Numbered from the stretch's first letter, positions 26,190 to 39,233 are shown. The stretch is DNA of 64,000 nucleotides from Glaucostegus cemiculus (GCA_976551045.1 CDPCPM010000052.1:4154001-4218000), one strand, 5' to 3'. The notes: generated by a model not told the origin, from the letters alone. Made by a program: numbers and translations.

Positions 26190-27830
26190 TAAAAGATGTT
26201 CCACCCTTGTAAAAAGTCAGCTAAGGTAAGTGTGGGACCCTGGACAGTAAGACTTGGAAATTAATAACAGGAAACAAGGCAAATAATTTACACAAATACT
26301 TGGCATCATGGTAGATGACACTGCAAATATCTCAAGAAGGTCGGAAGAACTTATAACAATCGCCATCACGAGAGACAAAGTATCAGAAAAACTTTTGGGA
26401 CTGAAGGCAGACAAGTCACCCAGATCCAATGGACTGCATCCAAGGAAAAGGCTATGGAGATCGCAGTCATTGGTTGAAGTTTTGCAAAACTTGGAGTTCC
26501 AACAAGGTACCAGCGAGTTAGAAAACTGAATGGGACACCTTTGTTCAAGGAGAGAGGGAGACAAAGGAAGGACTTGATAGGCCAGTGAGCTTACCATTTG
26601 TTGTAGGGAAGGTGATGGGGTATATAATCAAGTAGCAGCAGCTAATCATTTGGAAAAACTTCAAGCAATCAAACAGTCAACTTTTTTATATTTAAGGGAA
26701 ATCACATTTGACAAACTTACTGGAGTTTAAGGATATAACAAGTAGTCGATTGAAGGGAATCTATAGTGTAGTGAATTTGGATTTTGAGATGGCCTTTGAT
26801 GTACACAAAGGCTAATGTACAAGAGTCTGTAATATTGAGGGAAAGGCATTAATGTGGATTGAAGACTGGTTATCACATAGAAGGCAGAGTCAGAACAAAT
26901 GGGTTATTTTTAGATTGGAAAGGTATAACTAATGGACTGCCGGATCCATCCTTGGCTATCAATTATCTATTATCTGTATTAATAACATGGAGAAGGCAGC
27001 AGAGTGTAAGGTATTCATGTTTGCTGATGACATGAAGCAGTGCAGAAGGGCATGCTGTGACAAGTAAATGTGGATTCTGCAAGATACGTTGAGTGAATGG
27101 ACAACTTGGCAAATGAAGGTGAGGTGGCAAAGTGTGAGGTCATGCATTTTGAAGGAGGAATTAAAAGGCAGACTACTATCTAAATGGAGAGACTGCAAGT
27201 GAGTACAGAGGAACGTAGATGTTCATAGGTAAACTAAAAGTTAGCATGCATTTGCAGTGTGTAATTAAGACGGCAAATATCACATTGGCCTTTACTGTTA
27301 GGAGTGTCGGTGAGGCTGCAGCTGGAGTAGTGTATATGGTATTGGTTGCTTTATTTAAGAAATACTTGCATTAGAGGCAGTCCACAGTTGCTAGGCCAAT
27401 TCCTGGGGTGAGACCATTGTTCTATAATGAACGCTAAAAATGCTAAGCCTGTATTTTTTGGACTTCAAAAGAACAAGAAGTGATCTTATTGAAATATACA
27501 AGATCCTAAGAAAGCAAGGCAATGAGATGTTTCCAGTAATGGAATCTCCAAAGGGCCACGGTTACAAGGGGCCCATCATTTAAAACTGGGGTGTGGAGTT
27601 TCTTCTCACTGAGGGTACTGAATCTCTGGAATACTCTCCACCAGAGGATCATGGAGGCTAGATCACTGGAAGGATTTAAAGAGTGGATACATTTTTGAAA
27701 AAAAAACAGGGAACTGAAGGCTATGGGGAACTGGTACAGAAGTTAATTGGAGACCTGGGGCAGATCAGCCATGACCATATTTAATAGCAGGTTAAGCTCC
27801 TATACCCCAGCTCCTATTTTCTTGTGTTCA
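26190..27830 (+). mobile_element. Older CR1 LINE with decayed reverse-transcriptase region
   Basis: LKADKSPRSNGLHPR (ORF 26308..26529), gtttgctgatgac (FADD), multiple frameshifts, CR1 3' tail cagatcagccatg...ctcctattttcttgtgttc. Confidence 0.85.
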
Positions 27831-28925
27831 TGCCAGTCCCTCTGTTCCTGAATTTCTATTTTCATCCTTGTTCTCCACATCAATCTGTATGCAGATGAGA
27901 ACAAATGCCAGATGCCACCAACTTCTACGATTTAAAAAGGACTAACCTCCTCCCGTCAAAAACTCTGTTTACCAAATACCAGTGGATCCACAATAATAAA
28001 ATTAGAGTGAAAACTCTCATTGATACTAATTCCAGAATCCATTGAAAGAAAATAGAATTTGTTTTTTTCCAGTCAGCTTAGAATTGTGGTCTTGTTAATG
28101 ATTCAATTAATTTTGCTGATACTGGTCTTTGCTGTTATTCAAAGGTTGTAAAGAACAATATTTCCCTCCTTTTGAAATAGGAGTTATTTGCCATGTACTT
28201 AAAACCTGTCATTTTTTAAATTTACATTTAAATGCCAAGGACCTTTTGCCTCGGTAGAAAATCGCATTATTTAACTTGGTCAGTTCATGAATCAGCGAAA
28301 CCTAAACAGAATATGTATGATTTAATCCCAAGTTTAGACTTTTTGGAATATCAGACATCAAAATCTGGTCAGATTTATTTTCAAGATCTATCACTTGTCT
28401 TATCTACATACAGGCTGTAGCCATTGCACTCTTCTCAGTCCCCACCCACTTCTGTCAGATGATTTTTCAGCAGCTGGGTGGTCTTGGGGTACCTGGGAAT
28501 TGCTAGCAAGCCTAATGCCAGAACAGCCATGATGAGGCAAAAGGATGGGTCTCATGGATTGTCAAGGACAGCAAGTGCTTTTGGGCAGGACAGATTCACT
28601 CCCCAGGCCACTTGTAGCTCGTGGACCACATGTTGTGCACCATGGCAGACAGAGAATTCAGGAAGCCATTTGCAATGTCAAAATTTAACAACTGGGAACT
28701 CTGCCAAAAGCTGGAAATTTCTCATCCCCGAGAACAACCAGGGCAACGATTACATGAAACCATCATCAACTTGCCCTGCATCCTGATTCCACATTCCTCC
28801 ATCACTGCAGATTAACAACTTGAAATGGTCCACCCAAACCCTGGAAGTAACTTTATCACATGGGCTGCAGAAGTTCAAGACAGCAGCTCACTATTACTTT
28901 ACCAAGCTCAATCAGGGAAGGATGG

Positions 28926-29103
28926 NNNNNNNNNNNNNNNNNNNNNNNNNNNNNNNNNNNNNNNNNNNNNNNNNNNNNNNNNNNNNNNNNNNNNNNNNNN
29001 NNNNNNNNNNNNNNNNNNNNNNNNNNNNNNNNNNNNNNNNNNNNNNNNNNNNNNNNNNNNNNNNNNNNNNNNNNNNNNNNNNNNNNNNNNNNNNNNNNNN
29101 NNN
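28926..29103. other. Assembly gap (178 N)
   Basis: Run of N in the sequence. Confidence 1.
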
Positions 29104-30721
29104 ATAAAAGCACACTGCAACAGCAGTAATATTTTGGAAAATATTCAGTTCAAAAGAAATAAATTACTCAATTTCTGGTGAGACCATACATAGTAAAGCT
29201 TTGTAGCTAATTGACCAATGAGTGGATTTATGCTGTGAGCCAGTTACATTTATATGATCTTGTATTCAGAAGAATAGAAATTGTAAACTGGAGGATATGA
29301 CTATGACTATTTTATACACTTACATTTCTTTCCCCTAATGAAAGCAGCAGATTATTTGACTCAAGAGGCAACTTTTAACTGAAGCTTGACCCAATATTAC
29401 CAGACATGCTTACTATGAGCTACACTGAGGTTTGCCTCTTTACGCGCTTGTCATTTCCAGAAATGGAAGAGAACATTCAAGAGCACAAACCATAGCCAAT
29501 GTGAGCCCCTCTGCTTCCCTGGCTTGTGGACCCTGAAGCATCATTCCCTGTATCATCCGGTCAAGATTCATTTAATCCAGGGATTGGACATTAGCACTAA
29601 ACTAGCACGTACAATGTGTGAGATCAATTCAACAAGTGAATCTACAGGGAATCTTGCTAGTGGGACATATTTCAAAGACTTATCCTAACACCAATTTTCT
29701 GAATCAATTGGTTAATTGATTCAATGTCCCAGTATGTACACCTGTACAATTACTTAATTCTCCAATGATGATACATCATTTAACACAAAGAAAGGAATTA
29801 GATCATCAGTGCCCAAAGAATTCGATTATTCAAACCTGAGTGCTTCTCCAATGAGCAAGATCATACTACAGTGCAACTGAGACAGAAATTTTCAAGTGAA
29901 AATTCAGTCTTTCGCTCCATTAAAATGGACTGAAAAGATTGTTAGATATTTTTGTGACCAAGCATTCTAACTTCTCCAGTTGACGATTTAAGTACGGATC
30001 AGATATCTCCTTCAGAGTCTGCCCTAGTTTTGTCTTAATTTCACCTGGGCTCTCAAACTTTCTCCCTTTTAAATACAAAAAGGAGAGAAATCCTATTTTT
30101 CATTGACTTTTAAACTTTAGAGAACAAGTAACATCCAGTTTAAATTATAACAAAAAGATATGAGATTAAAAAAGATATGCAATGCACTAGTAACAAACAA
30201 AGGGTGAGCAAAGCAACAAATTGATTGCACCGAGTGAAGCTTCATCTAAAACGAAATTAATCAATAGTGCTGCAGAGGACTGGAAAAGGTTAGGAAAGTG
30301 GCAGAGAGAGAAGAATAGCAGGTTAGAAAAAGCACCAAGAATCACTGAAAGAGCAGAGACACAGGCAAGACATCTACAACTTGTCTTGTAATTGGATCGT
30401 TGGGTACACTGGCTAATGACAAACTGCACAGTTGTGATCATTGTGGTGATCCTATTAGAATTAACCTTCCAAACTACAGGTAGTTAGATTAAGTTTAGCA
30501 ACTACAGTGCAAAGGCACTTTGGAATCATAGATACAGGCTACATACTTGTATTACATTGTTAGTGTGACTTCCATGCATTGAATATTTATCTTCTAAAAA
30601 ATTATAATGCTCTGATAATTTGTTGTTTTATTTTAATTTAAACTATTCCTGTTTCATGCAGGTGTTATTCATTTTTGTAGTCCTCATTCACCATTCTTTA
30701 TGTAAGGTAGGATCAGCCAAC

Positions 30722-30802
30722 CTTGCATGGCCTGAAACCTTTCCTGTGCACCATCTTCTCTGTCTTTTTCTTGTTTATCTTTCTTCCTGAAGGAAATGGG
30801 AG
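30722..30802 (-). CDS. GAPVD1: GAPVD1 exon (81 nt, 1/1): APISFRKKDKQEKDREDGAQERFQAMQ
   Basis: ctctttag|CT, CAAG|gttggc; matches the recalled APIPFRKKEKQEKDK segment. Confidence 0.92.
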
Positions 30803-31584
30803 CTAAAGAGAAAATATACCACATTACAAAAACAAAGCAACTTCTTCACACACAGGATGAAGAAATTCATGGTGTTAACCAAAACCTTGTGGAAGTGTAC
30901 CTGACAACAATGAAGGTTTTAATATCAGATAACAATCTTTCCATTCTATTATACCAGTTACAATGAAAATATTCAGCTGCACCCCTACCTAAAACTAGTT
31001 GAAAATCAACTGGATATAGATCTCACTACAGTTATTTTAGTAAAATCTATTTCTCAATGATGATCTGTCAGCATAATTTTGTTAATTCAAAATAAATTTC
31101 CGATGGCAAATATTTGTAATGAATACCAAGGATAACTATTCTTTTTAAAGTAAGCAATGCTGCAAAACATTAAGTTTTCTTTGTATATGCACCCCATGAG
31201 TAAAGTGGGATTAGGGGAAGTACTGAATTTAGGGAAGAGACAAGGAAATTGACCAGAAATAAAATCAGTTCTAAAATTCTTGAGAACTTCCTAGACTGTT
31301 GACTTCTAACATGCTAAAGTAGTTGACAAGCAGTAAAAACAAGGAATGCAAACAAGCAGCCTTTTCATTTTCACAGGTAAGAGTGAATCAAATCAAAATG
31401 CACTGAGCTGCCACAGGCAAATGCACAAGAAAGTTACACAGATATAGTTAAGCTAGGAAAAGATAACCTTGTTTCAAGGTACTGATGAATTCAAAAGTAA
31501 AAGTTCTCTGATCCAGTTAGATTATAAAACCATTTGATCAATCATTTCATGTTCTGTGTTGCAGGTCATAATCCCAACACTGAC

Positions 31585-31672
31585 CTTTAGGAATAGCAGA
31601 CACAAATCGCTTCTTCCACCAGGATTTGCTACGATCCGACTTCTCATCATCACTGTCCTTTCTATCTTCTCC
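31585..31672 (-). CDS. GAPVD1: GAPVD1 exon (88 nt, 0/1): GEDRKDSDDEKSDRSKSWWKKRFVSAIPK
   Basis: ttgcacag|GGA, AAAG|gtcagt; lies within ORF 31547..31936. Confidence 0.95.
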
Positions 31673-32238
31673 CTGTGCAAAAGTGATATAATGGGGATCT
31701 TGAAAGATACTTGACAGGCAAAATGATTGAAGGACATAAGATATTAAACACTGCAAGGTATTATTTGAAATTTTTACAACCTCAAATTCAAGTCTTTGGT
31801 TTAACAATAGGTCTTCATAATACATGTTACATTGTATGCTGCAAATTATTGGTCTCCGGTAACTTGCTTTTCTTCTGAATTGTAGTACGCTTCTCGTGAA
31901 GAAGCAATTTCCACATCCTCCCCCATGGGTAAACATTTAAGTCCAAATACGAAATCAGTCTTTTACTTTAGTGCAAAGGCTAGTTTAATTTCACATACAA
32001 ATGGGAACTAGGATTTTTAACCAGAATTTCTGGATGTTTACTATTTAAACTTATTCCCAGAATATTTTTAAATTAGTTATCTATGTCTACTGAGAAAGAT
32101 TTGCATTTATATACTGCCTTTAAGTGCAATGAATTTATTGCTCATCTTGTCAACAGCAAGTAAGCCAACTGAACTCACCCCAGTTAGAATGAGATTTTAA
32201 AATAACATGGGAAACTTGTGCATTAAGACTAGACCTAC

Positions 32239-32594
32239 CAGGGAGTCTTTGCTTGGAGACGAAGTTGGTCCACAGATTCCAGTCGCTGCCCCTGATGCAA
32301 ATAGTTCTTCATTTGCTGCCCTTCTGCTACCTGGAATATTCCACCCAGGATCACTCATTGGTCTTCGAGATGCCAAAACAACATCAGAGCTTCTGCTGCG
32401 TACTAGCCTTTCTGGAAAGGAATGGCGCTGTTTAAGCAGCTCGGCTTCAGTTTGGCAGCAAATGTGTGACCCAAACGGTGGCAATCGGGCATCACTGCCC
32501 CCTACAGCACCTTCTAATATTGGAGGATCCGGTGGTGGGTGTGATGGTCTTGCATAGTGCACCTTAGGCCTGACTATTGATGGTATGGTTGAAG
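32239..32594 (-). CDS. GAPVD1: GAPVD1 exon (356 nt, 1/0): ASTIPSIVRPKVHYARPSHPPPDPPILEGAVGG...RSRSSD...SSPSKDSL
   Basis: ttcacag|CT, CTG|gtaggt; lies within ORF 32197..32646; conserved proline-rich RPKVHYARPSHPPPDPPILEG. Confidence 0.94.
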
Positions 32595-32814
32595 CTGTGA
32601 ATATTGGAAATGAATGAAAAACATGGATTATGGCATGCAGACACATCTGTGCAGATCACCTGTGACAAGATATCAAGAGCAACTGGAAGAGTCAGATCCA
32701 CCATTTATAATATCAGAACATACAAAATGTTGATAACCCTTGCTGGGATGCAGAGAGAAACTTTTCAATCTCTAAACCTATAATACTGAATTTCCCAGTT
32801 TTTGGAAGGTGTGC

Positions 32815-33720
32815 TTCATGGAATCACAGAAAATTTGGAGCTATCCGATCAGTTCCAGTCTACTGCTCTCTCTATGGCTCAGTGAAATGTTTAATCTTCA
32901 AGGATTTGCCCAACTACCTTGCGAAAATTATTAATAAATCTAATGCCAACATACTTTCAGGCAGTACCATGCGCATTACAATTTGCTGTACAAAATGAAT
33001 TGCCGTTGTCTTGTTTTTAATTTGCAAATTGCCATAAATCTTTCCCTTCCAGCTCCAGACCCATGAGCTACAGAACAATCATTATTCTGTCAAAAACTTG
33101 CAAATATTAAGACCAGTTCTATCAAACCTTCCTTTAATCCACTAGGAAATAAGAAAAACGATTTCCCAAATTTCTCCATTCAACTTCTTCCTTCATCCCA
33201 TGTTTTATCAAACCACCACCACACCCTTTCCAAGACCCTGAAATCCTTCCAGATGACAAGGATGGGCCAGAATACTCCAGTTTAGGCATGTAAAACATTT
33301 AAAGGTTTTATGCTATTTCCTTATTTTTTGTATTCCATGCATTTAGTTATACAAAAACAACTTGCACTAAGTATTTAATGGCATCAGCCCTCCCGAAGAC
33401 CTTGTTCCCTTTAAAGACATTTTTCATTTTGCATTACCTCTCTCCATTCAGTCAACCAAAATGGATTAATCCACATTTTGGTTAAATTTTATTTGCTGTG
33501 TATCTGCCCATTTCACCAGTCTTAGTCCTCCCGACATCTATTACTTTTCTCCTCATTATTTTCTACAGTTGAGTTTATGTTACCTATAAATGTTGAAATT
33601 GTCACCTGTATACAACAGTGAGCAACAGCCTGGTTTCATGTACGAAGGATGTCACTACATAACCACTTCCAGTGAAAAAACAACCTTGCACCACAGCCTT
33701 CTTTCTTTTTAACCCTATGC
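32815..33720 (-). mobile_element. Highly decayed CR1 LINE fragment
   Basis: ccagaatactccagtttagg, ttacctctctccattcagtcaaccaaaatggatt, tatctgcccatttcaccagtc resemble reverse CR1 RT C-terminal sequence. Confidence 0.5.
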
Positions 33721-34637
33721 ATTTTGCAATTACTTACAATGTTCATATGGTATAATAAAATGCATTTCTAAAATTCTTCTATGCATCAACAACTCCACCC
33801 ACATAAACCTGCTCCATTAATTCCATTTATTTTCTTTTGATTTCTCTCAAACTTGTTGGATAAGCCACACCTGGTACGAGAAGTTCAATACCTCTTTTTT
33901 GAGCTACGGCTTGTAAAGCGGGAGCTAAATCTATGCTTTTGTAACTTGAAGCTTGCTTGGTAGATGAGCAGAAAGGAAACTTTATATAGACTGCAGTAGT
34001 CAATGAAATATCTAGAAGCATAAATTTAATTAGTCATAAGATCATGATCAAAGCAACCATCTGTGTAAAACAAAAACCCATTTACAATACAGATAAATCA
34101 TTTGGAAGTTTAAATGATTTTTTTAAAAAATTTGTTCACACAAAACAGAATGGGAGGGGTCTGAAGCCAGAGGCTTCACAGAGAACAAGGCAACAGATTT
34201 GCAGCAAAAAAAATTCAAACTTCATGCTAATAGATTTTAAAAGGAAAACAAGTGCAGAAATATAGGCGAGCAACAATTATCTGATACTTTAAGTGTTTTG
34301 AAACAAGGTGGCGATTGAACAGAGCCCCAAATGTCCTCCAGTGTCTATTCATCTTCCATCAGATTCCTTTACAAGCCGTTATTTCCATCATCCATCATCA
34401 TATAGAATCACTATATTATGGCTATGCTTGAGGCTAAGGTTCCCAGAATTACAATGCTTGCAGTGGATATCCCACATGGAGGGAGAGAACTAAAGTGCCG
34501 AAACCATCAGTACATAGTGGTTGCCAACTGGTAACCCAAAGGCCTGGATTAACGATCTGGAGGTACAAATTCAATTCCTATCGCTCCAACAAGGGGATTA
34601 AAATTGAGTTAACTAATTAATCTGGTTTTTAAATTTT

Positions 34638-34970
34638 CAGAATCAGATTTATTATCGCTTACATATGTCATGAAACATTGTTTTGCAGCAGCAGTAGTGC
34701 AAGCATAAAAAGACAAAAGTTACTATGAGTTTGTACATTCTCCCCGTGTCTGTGTGCGTTTCCTCCCACATTCCAAAGACGTACTGGTTAGAAAGTTGTG
34801 GCCATGCTATGTTGGTGCCGGAAGAGTGGCGACACTTGCTGGCTGCCCCCCAGAACACTATGCAAAAAATGCATTTCACTGTGTGTTTTGATGTACATGT
34901 GACTGATAAAGATCTTACCTTATCTTAAATAAATAGTGCAAAAGAGAAATAATGAGGTTGAGTTCATGGA
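34638..34970 (-). mobile_element. Rex1-type LINE 3' tail (minus), interrupted by a SINE at 34722-34928
   Basis: agaatcagattttattatcgcttacatatgtcatgaaa... and aaataaatagtgcaaaagag...ttcatggac are reverse complements of the tail at 35290-35452. Confidence 0.7.
34722..34928 (+). mobile_element. 5'-truncated V-SINE-like element
   Basis: gagtttgtacattctccccgtgtctgtgtgcgtttcctcccacattccaaagacgta V-domain; tail tttcactgtgtgttttgatgtacatgtgactgataaagatcttaccttatctta. Confidence 0.75.
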
Positions 34971-35049
34971 CATAACAAGTGTTGGCCTTGCCAGTTATAC
35001 CTACAGTAAAGACAGAGGTAAATGCCAAAGGCCTGAGAAAACAACTGCA

Positions 35050-35452
35050 TCAAGAGGCTGCAGAGGGTTGTAGGCTCAGCCAGCTCCATCACAGGCACAA
35101 CCCTCCCCACCAGTAAGGAGATCTTCAAGAGGCAGTACCTCAAGGTAACAACATCCATCATTAAGGATACTCACCACCCGGGACATACCCTCTTCTCATT
35201 ACTACCACTGGGGAGGAGGTACAGGAGCCGGGAGACCCAAACTCAATGTTTTAGGAACAGCTCCTTCCCCTCTGCCATCAGATTTCTGAATGGTCCATGA
35301 ATACTACCTTGTTAGTTCTCTTTTGCACAATTTATTTTTGTAACATAGTAATTTTTATCTCTTGCACTGTACTGTTGCCACAAAGCAACAAATTTCACGA
35401 CATACAAGTCAGTGATAATAAACCTGATTCTCATTAACCTGATTCTGATTCT
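35050..35452 (+). mobile_element. Rex1/Babar-type LINE 3' fragment
   Basis: RLQRVVGSASSITGTTLP...IIKDTHHPGHTLFSLLPLGRRYRS...FRNSSFPSAIRFLN; tail aataaacctgattct(gattct). Confidence 0.85.
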
Positions 35453-36434
35453 TGGTCAACATATTATGAGAAGTTCTGATTTTGGTGAAGACACACCAAA
35501 TAACTGACCTGATACCCAAGTTTAAGCATTTCAACCACAAGGACAGATTACAGAAATTAAGGATGTTTGAATTTGATATCTTAATTCTGATCCATCATAA
35601 TGCAAACACATTGAAATTTAGTATACATTTATGTCAATCATAAACACTACTAAGGAATACAAAATATTCACTATTAAATTCTTTACAAAGAACATTTATT
35701 GCACAGAACAAACTGCACTGAAGGAAATATAGGTAAATAATGTCAGTAATTTCAAAAGGAAGCTAAACAGTTTGTAAAAAGACAAATGTGAGACATAAAG
35801 GACATAACTGGATGGACCATAATATTCTCTTCCGGTCCTCTACATTCCTATCCACAGGACAAAACTCCATCTTTATTTCCCTAACTTTTAAGTCTAAACA
35901 TACTGTAATCTAACTCAGGCAACTTTCTCTATTATTTGTAGATAGGCCAAGCAATAATACCACCTTGGGGAGCTCAGATTCTCCACATCACAAGTTGTCA
36001 ATCTCAATTAGGTCATTAAGAAAGGCACCAAGTGAAAACAAAGTGAGTCCCGTGAGGAAGGAAATAAAATGAATTAGGAAATTCACTAGGGGCGTTTCAA
36101 CTACACCTTCAGTTGTCATAGGAAGTATTGGGGAAGTTCAAGAGGGAAAATGGTGCAAGGATATCGAAATGGAGAAACGCAAAACAAAATAAATTACAAC
36201 TTCACTTCCTCAAATACTTTATAATTCTCTCACTTCTCAATTTGACCTCAATGGAATTATTAAATTGTGGGAATTCTTGAGAGAAAGAAGAATGACGAGA
36301 AAGGAAAATGCAACAATAAAACCCTCAGTTTGTAAATAGGTACATCTTGTTGCAAATTAACCCTGTTCCTTTCTGGAAGTCGCTGCTGTTAGTCCTAAAT
36401 CACAAAAGGTGGGCTTTAGGAAGTTTTAACCTAC

Positions 36435-36509
36435 CATCTGAAGACAGCGGATCAAACATTGCAAGCAATGTGTCTGTCTGGGAAAGTGAAGAAGTCATCT
36501 GATGTCCAC
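36435..36509 (-). CDS. GAPVD1: GAPVD1 exon (75 nt, 1/1): GGHQMTSSLSQTDTLLAMFDPLSSD
   Basis: tttacag|GT, GATG|gtaggt; conserved LLAMFDPLSS. Confidence 0.94.
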
Positions 36510-37006
36510 CTGTAAACACACAAAGGAAAAAATATGTAGTCAAACTTGCACAATTGGATAGGTTCCAAATTTAGAAGTATAATGAACAAATTTAGAAGTA
36601 TCAGTTACAGAACAAACTGCAGATAAAAATGAGCTTTGTTTGTGGACATTCAAATAAGAATTTCAACTACAACACCAAATTCTGGTCTAGTTATGGTGTG
36701 GTACAGCACCAGCATGTGCATATTTCAATGCTCACAAAGCTTACAGTCCCTGAAATAGCAGTGCTAGTACTCCAAATTAGCAAATGGAAACTCAATTCCA
36801 GGCATCACAACTCAGGCACACCTAACCGAACAGAATTTGCCTCAACTAGATGGGAGAGTCGGCAGGAAGAATACATTAAAATACAAATCTGTTAAAAATC
36901 TGAATGCATTAGAAATTAAACCCAGAATTTTACTTTTGCACTATAAAAGGCCTGATTTCTATCATTCCAAATACTTGTGTGTTGGCTTAGTTAAAACATT
37001 ACTTAC

Positions 37007-37126
37007 CTTGCACAATTTCCTCCACATCAGGACTTGTTACAGAATCCTTTCCTCCAAAATCAGAGCTGCATTCTGATCGTATATCCTCCACCTTGTTGGG
37101 TATGTCTTCTGAGGTAACACTGATGC
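37007..37126 (-). CDS. GAPVD1: GAPVD1 exon (120 nt, 1/1): GISVTSEDIPNKVEDIRSECSSDFGGKDSVTSPDVEEIVQ
   Basis: ttttacag|GC, CAAG|gtaagt. Confidence 0.96.
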
Positions 37127-37315
37127 CTGTAAAATAGTGCACAAAGCCTAAAAGGTATTAATTCTTAAATCTAAGTATTATAATTAGCCTTCAGTGAAGA
37201 AAATGTTTCATTAGAAGCTGCAACAGTTTTCATCAGGAGGGACCATTTCAAACTTCTGCACGATAGTCATTCATACACCAAAAACAAGTGAGCACAACAT
37301 GCTACCATCCCATAC

Positions 37316-37450
37316 CTGATACAACACTGAGTCCAGGAGTACTGGGCCTTGAGCTCACTTCTCTCACATCTGTATCATCAGATGTGCTCCCAAGTCCAGA
37401 GCAACTTTCCAGCTCCTGCAGTCGTTCCTCCTGCTTCAGATCTGTAGCTT
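37316..37450 (-). CDS. GAPVD1: GAPVD1 exon (135 nt, 1/1): EATDLKQEERLQELESCSGLGSTSDDTDVREVSSRPSTPGLSVVS
   Basis: ttttcag|AA, TCAG|gtatgg. Confidence 0.96.
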
Positions 37451-37654
37451 CTGAAAAATAGTTCCCAGGAGTACTTCTACATTAACTATGAAATCATTTC
37501 TCAAATAGATTTTAAGACTCTATAACTGAGAAATTTAAAAAGGAAAATTGTTCAACCTCATCTCTTCCCCCAGTCCGTCAAAAAGATGATATGAGGATAA
37601 AAAGAATAAAAAAATTGAATATTATTTAAACTTATACAAATTACAGAATACTGT

Positions 37655-38365
37655 TGTACATAAGGATCTGGATATCCTTGTACATGACAAAGTTATAAAT
37701 CTGGGACAAGTAATTAGGAGGGCAAAAAGAATGTTGAGCTTTGCTGCAAGAATGATGGGGTACATTGGTTGGTTCCTCAGATGAATGAATGATCTTATGA
37801 GGAATGCTGAGCAGATGGGAAAAGATACTGCAGTTTAGAAGAATGAAAGGTAATCTTTTGAAACAGATTCTTAAAAGCTTAGACAGGTAAATGCTATAAG
37901 GATAGTTCCCTTTGAGTTGAAATCCAGAACCAAAGTTTCAGAATAAGTAGCTGATTCCTGACCAAAAAGCACCTCTAGGCTCACAATTACTTCCATAATC
38001 ATTCTGCATTCTATATCCAAATATTGTTTCTTCCCTCCCTAACCCCCTTGACCTATCAACAACTGGATGAAAACAGCACAAGCACCCGCTCTGGCACTTC
38101 TGGACATGAACGTACTCATCAGGACGAAGATGAAAAGAAACATTCTTTCAAAGGATCATGAAATTTTGGAATTTTCTACCCCAGAGAGCTGTGAAGGTCG
38201 AATCATTTAATATATTCAAAGTTGAAATTGATAGATTGCCTAACTATGAAGGAATCGATGATGGTGATGAGGCAGGAAAACGATCTGCACTCGAAGCCCT
38301 ACTGAACGGCAGAACATGCTCCACTGGCTGCATAGCCTATTTTTGTTCCTATGTTGTTTATGTTA
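37655..38365 (+). mobile_element. Decayed CR1 LINE 3' fragment containing a local-sequence insertion
   Basis: ORF 38158..38376 WNFLPQRAVKVESFNIFKVEIDRL; tail ttttgttcctatgttgtttatg. Confidence 0.75.
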
Positions 38366-38642
38366 AACTATTGTGAAAGCTTCAGTATCTAGAGAAAAGT
38401 TCAAGAGATATTAACTGGAAATAACTGACTCCACATTCCTATTACACATACCATGCCTCAAGTGCTTGTGTTCATTACTCTGACTTTTAAGGCTCATAAT
38501 TACTGTCATAATCACACACAATTTAAATTTTGCATTCTATTTTCCAAATACACTACTTCTTCCCTCCCTACCCCCCCTTGACCTATCAACACCTGGATAA
38601 AAACAGCACAAGCATCTGCTCTGGCACCTTTTAGACATGAAC
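37977..38642 (+). repeat. Imperfect direct duplication of about 135-150 nt (37977-38111 and 38490-38642)
   Basis: Shared ttcttccctccctamcccccttgacctatcaacamctggatraaaacagcacaagcaycygctctggcac. Confidence 0.9.
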
Positions 38643-39092
38643 ATCTGTGGTTATAAATGTGCCAGATCTGTTTCTCTCACAATGTAGTGTACTGAAGCCA
38701 AATGAATTTAGATTAACCAACAGCAAACAGCCACCTTGTATTCAAACAAATTTTATTATATAACAACTTGATCCAAAATTTTATGGGATGCTTACATCTT
38801 CCTACATGGTACACCTAACTTCAGGCAGTTTCAACATCGAAAAGAACATAAAACTCAACTCAAGAAAGGGCTTGTCCCCACAAACCCGAAGGGAGAGTCA
38901 ATTCATAAGCAAAAATAAATAATTAGATACTCAAATCAAAAGACAAAGAATAAAGGTTAATTCTTAATGGCAACTGGAGTGCATTACTAACTTCATGACT
39001 ACTTTCTTTTAAGGAAAATATTTTAGATGAATGTTTTGAAGTACTTTTAGTAATGTTTGAAAAATAAATTTTTATCAGCATGACATACGCAC

Positions 39093-39233
39093 CCGAGTCG
39101 CTTGGCAGAACTTCCACACTCCAAGCCTCACTGGTCGTCTCAGAGATTGTTGACCCAGTGCAGGGATCTAGTAGCACTGAACTTGAACCTGGTAATCCTA
39201 GCAAACTACCCAGCATACTCTCTGCTGCTGCAC
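39093..39233 (-). CDS. GAPVD1: GAPVD1 exon (141 nt, 1/1): GAAAESMLGSLLGLPGSSSVLLDPCTGSTISETTSEAWSVEVLPSDS
   Basis: actag|GT, TCGG|gtgcgt; overlaps ORF 38923..39216. Confidence 0.96.

Noticed and set aside
28820-29181. Several ORFs with long X runs
   Set aside because: Artefacts of the N gap.
32207-32557. 116-aa plus-strand ORF
   Set aside because: Antisense shadow of the 356-nt GAPVD1 exon.
36566-36601. Short direct repeats (caaatttagaagtat x2; similar cases near 20716-20757 and 39547-39580)
   Set aside because: Two-copy local micro-duplications; no array or CRISPR-like structure, and the DNA is eukaryotic.
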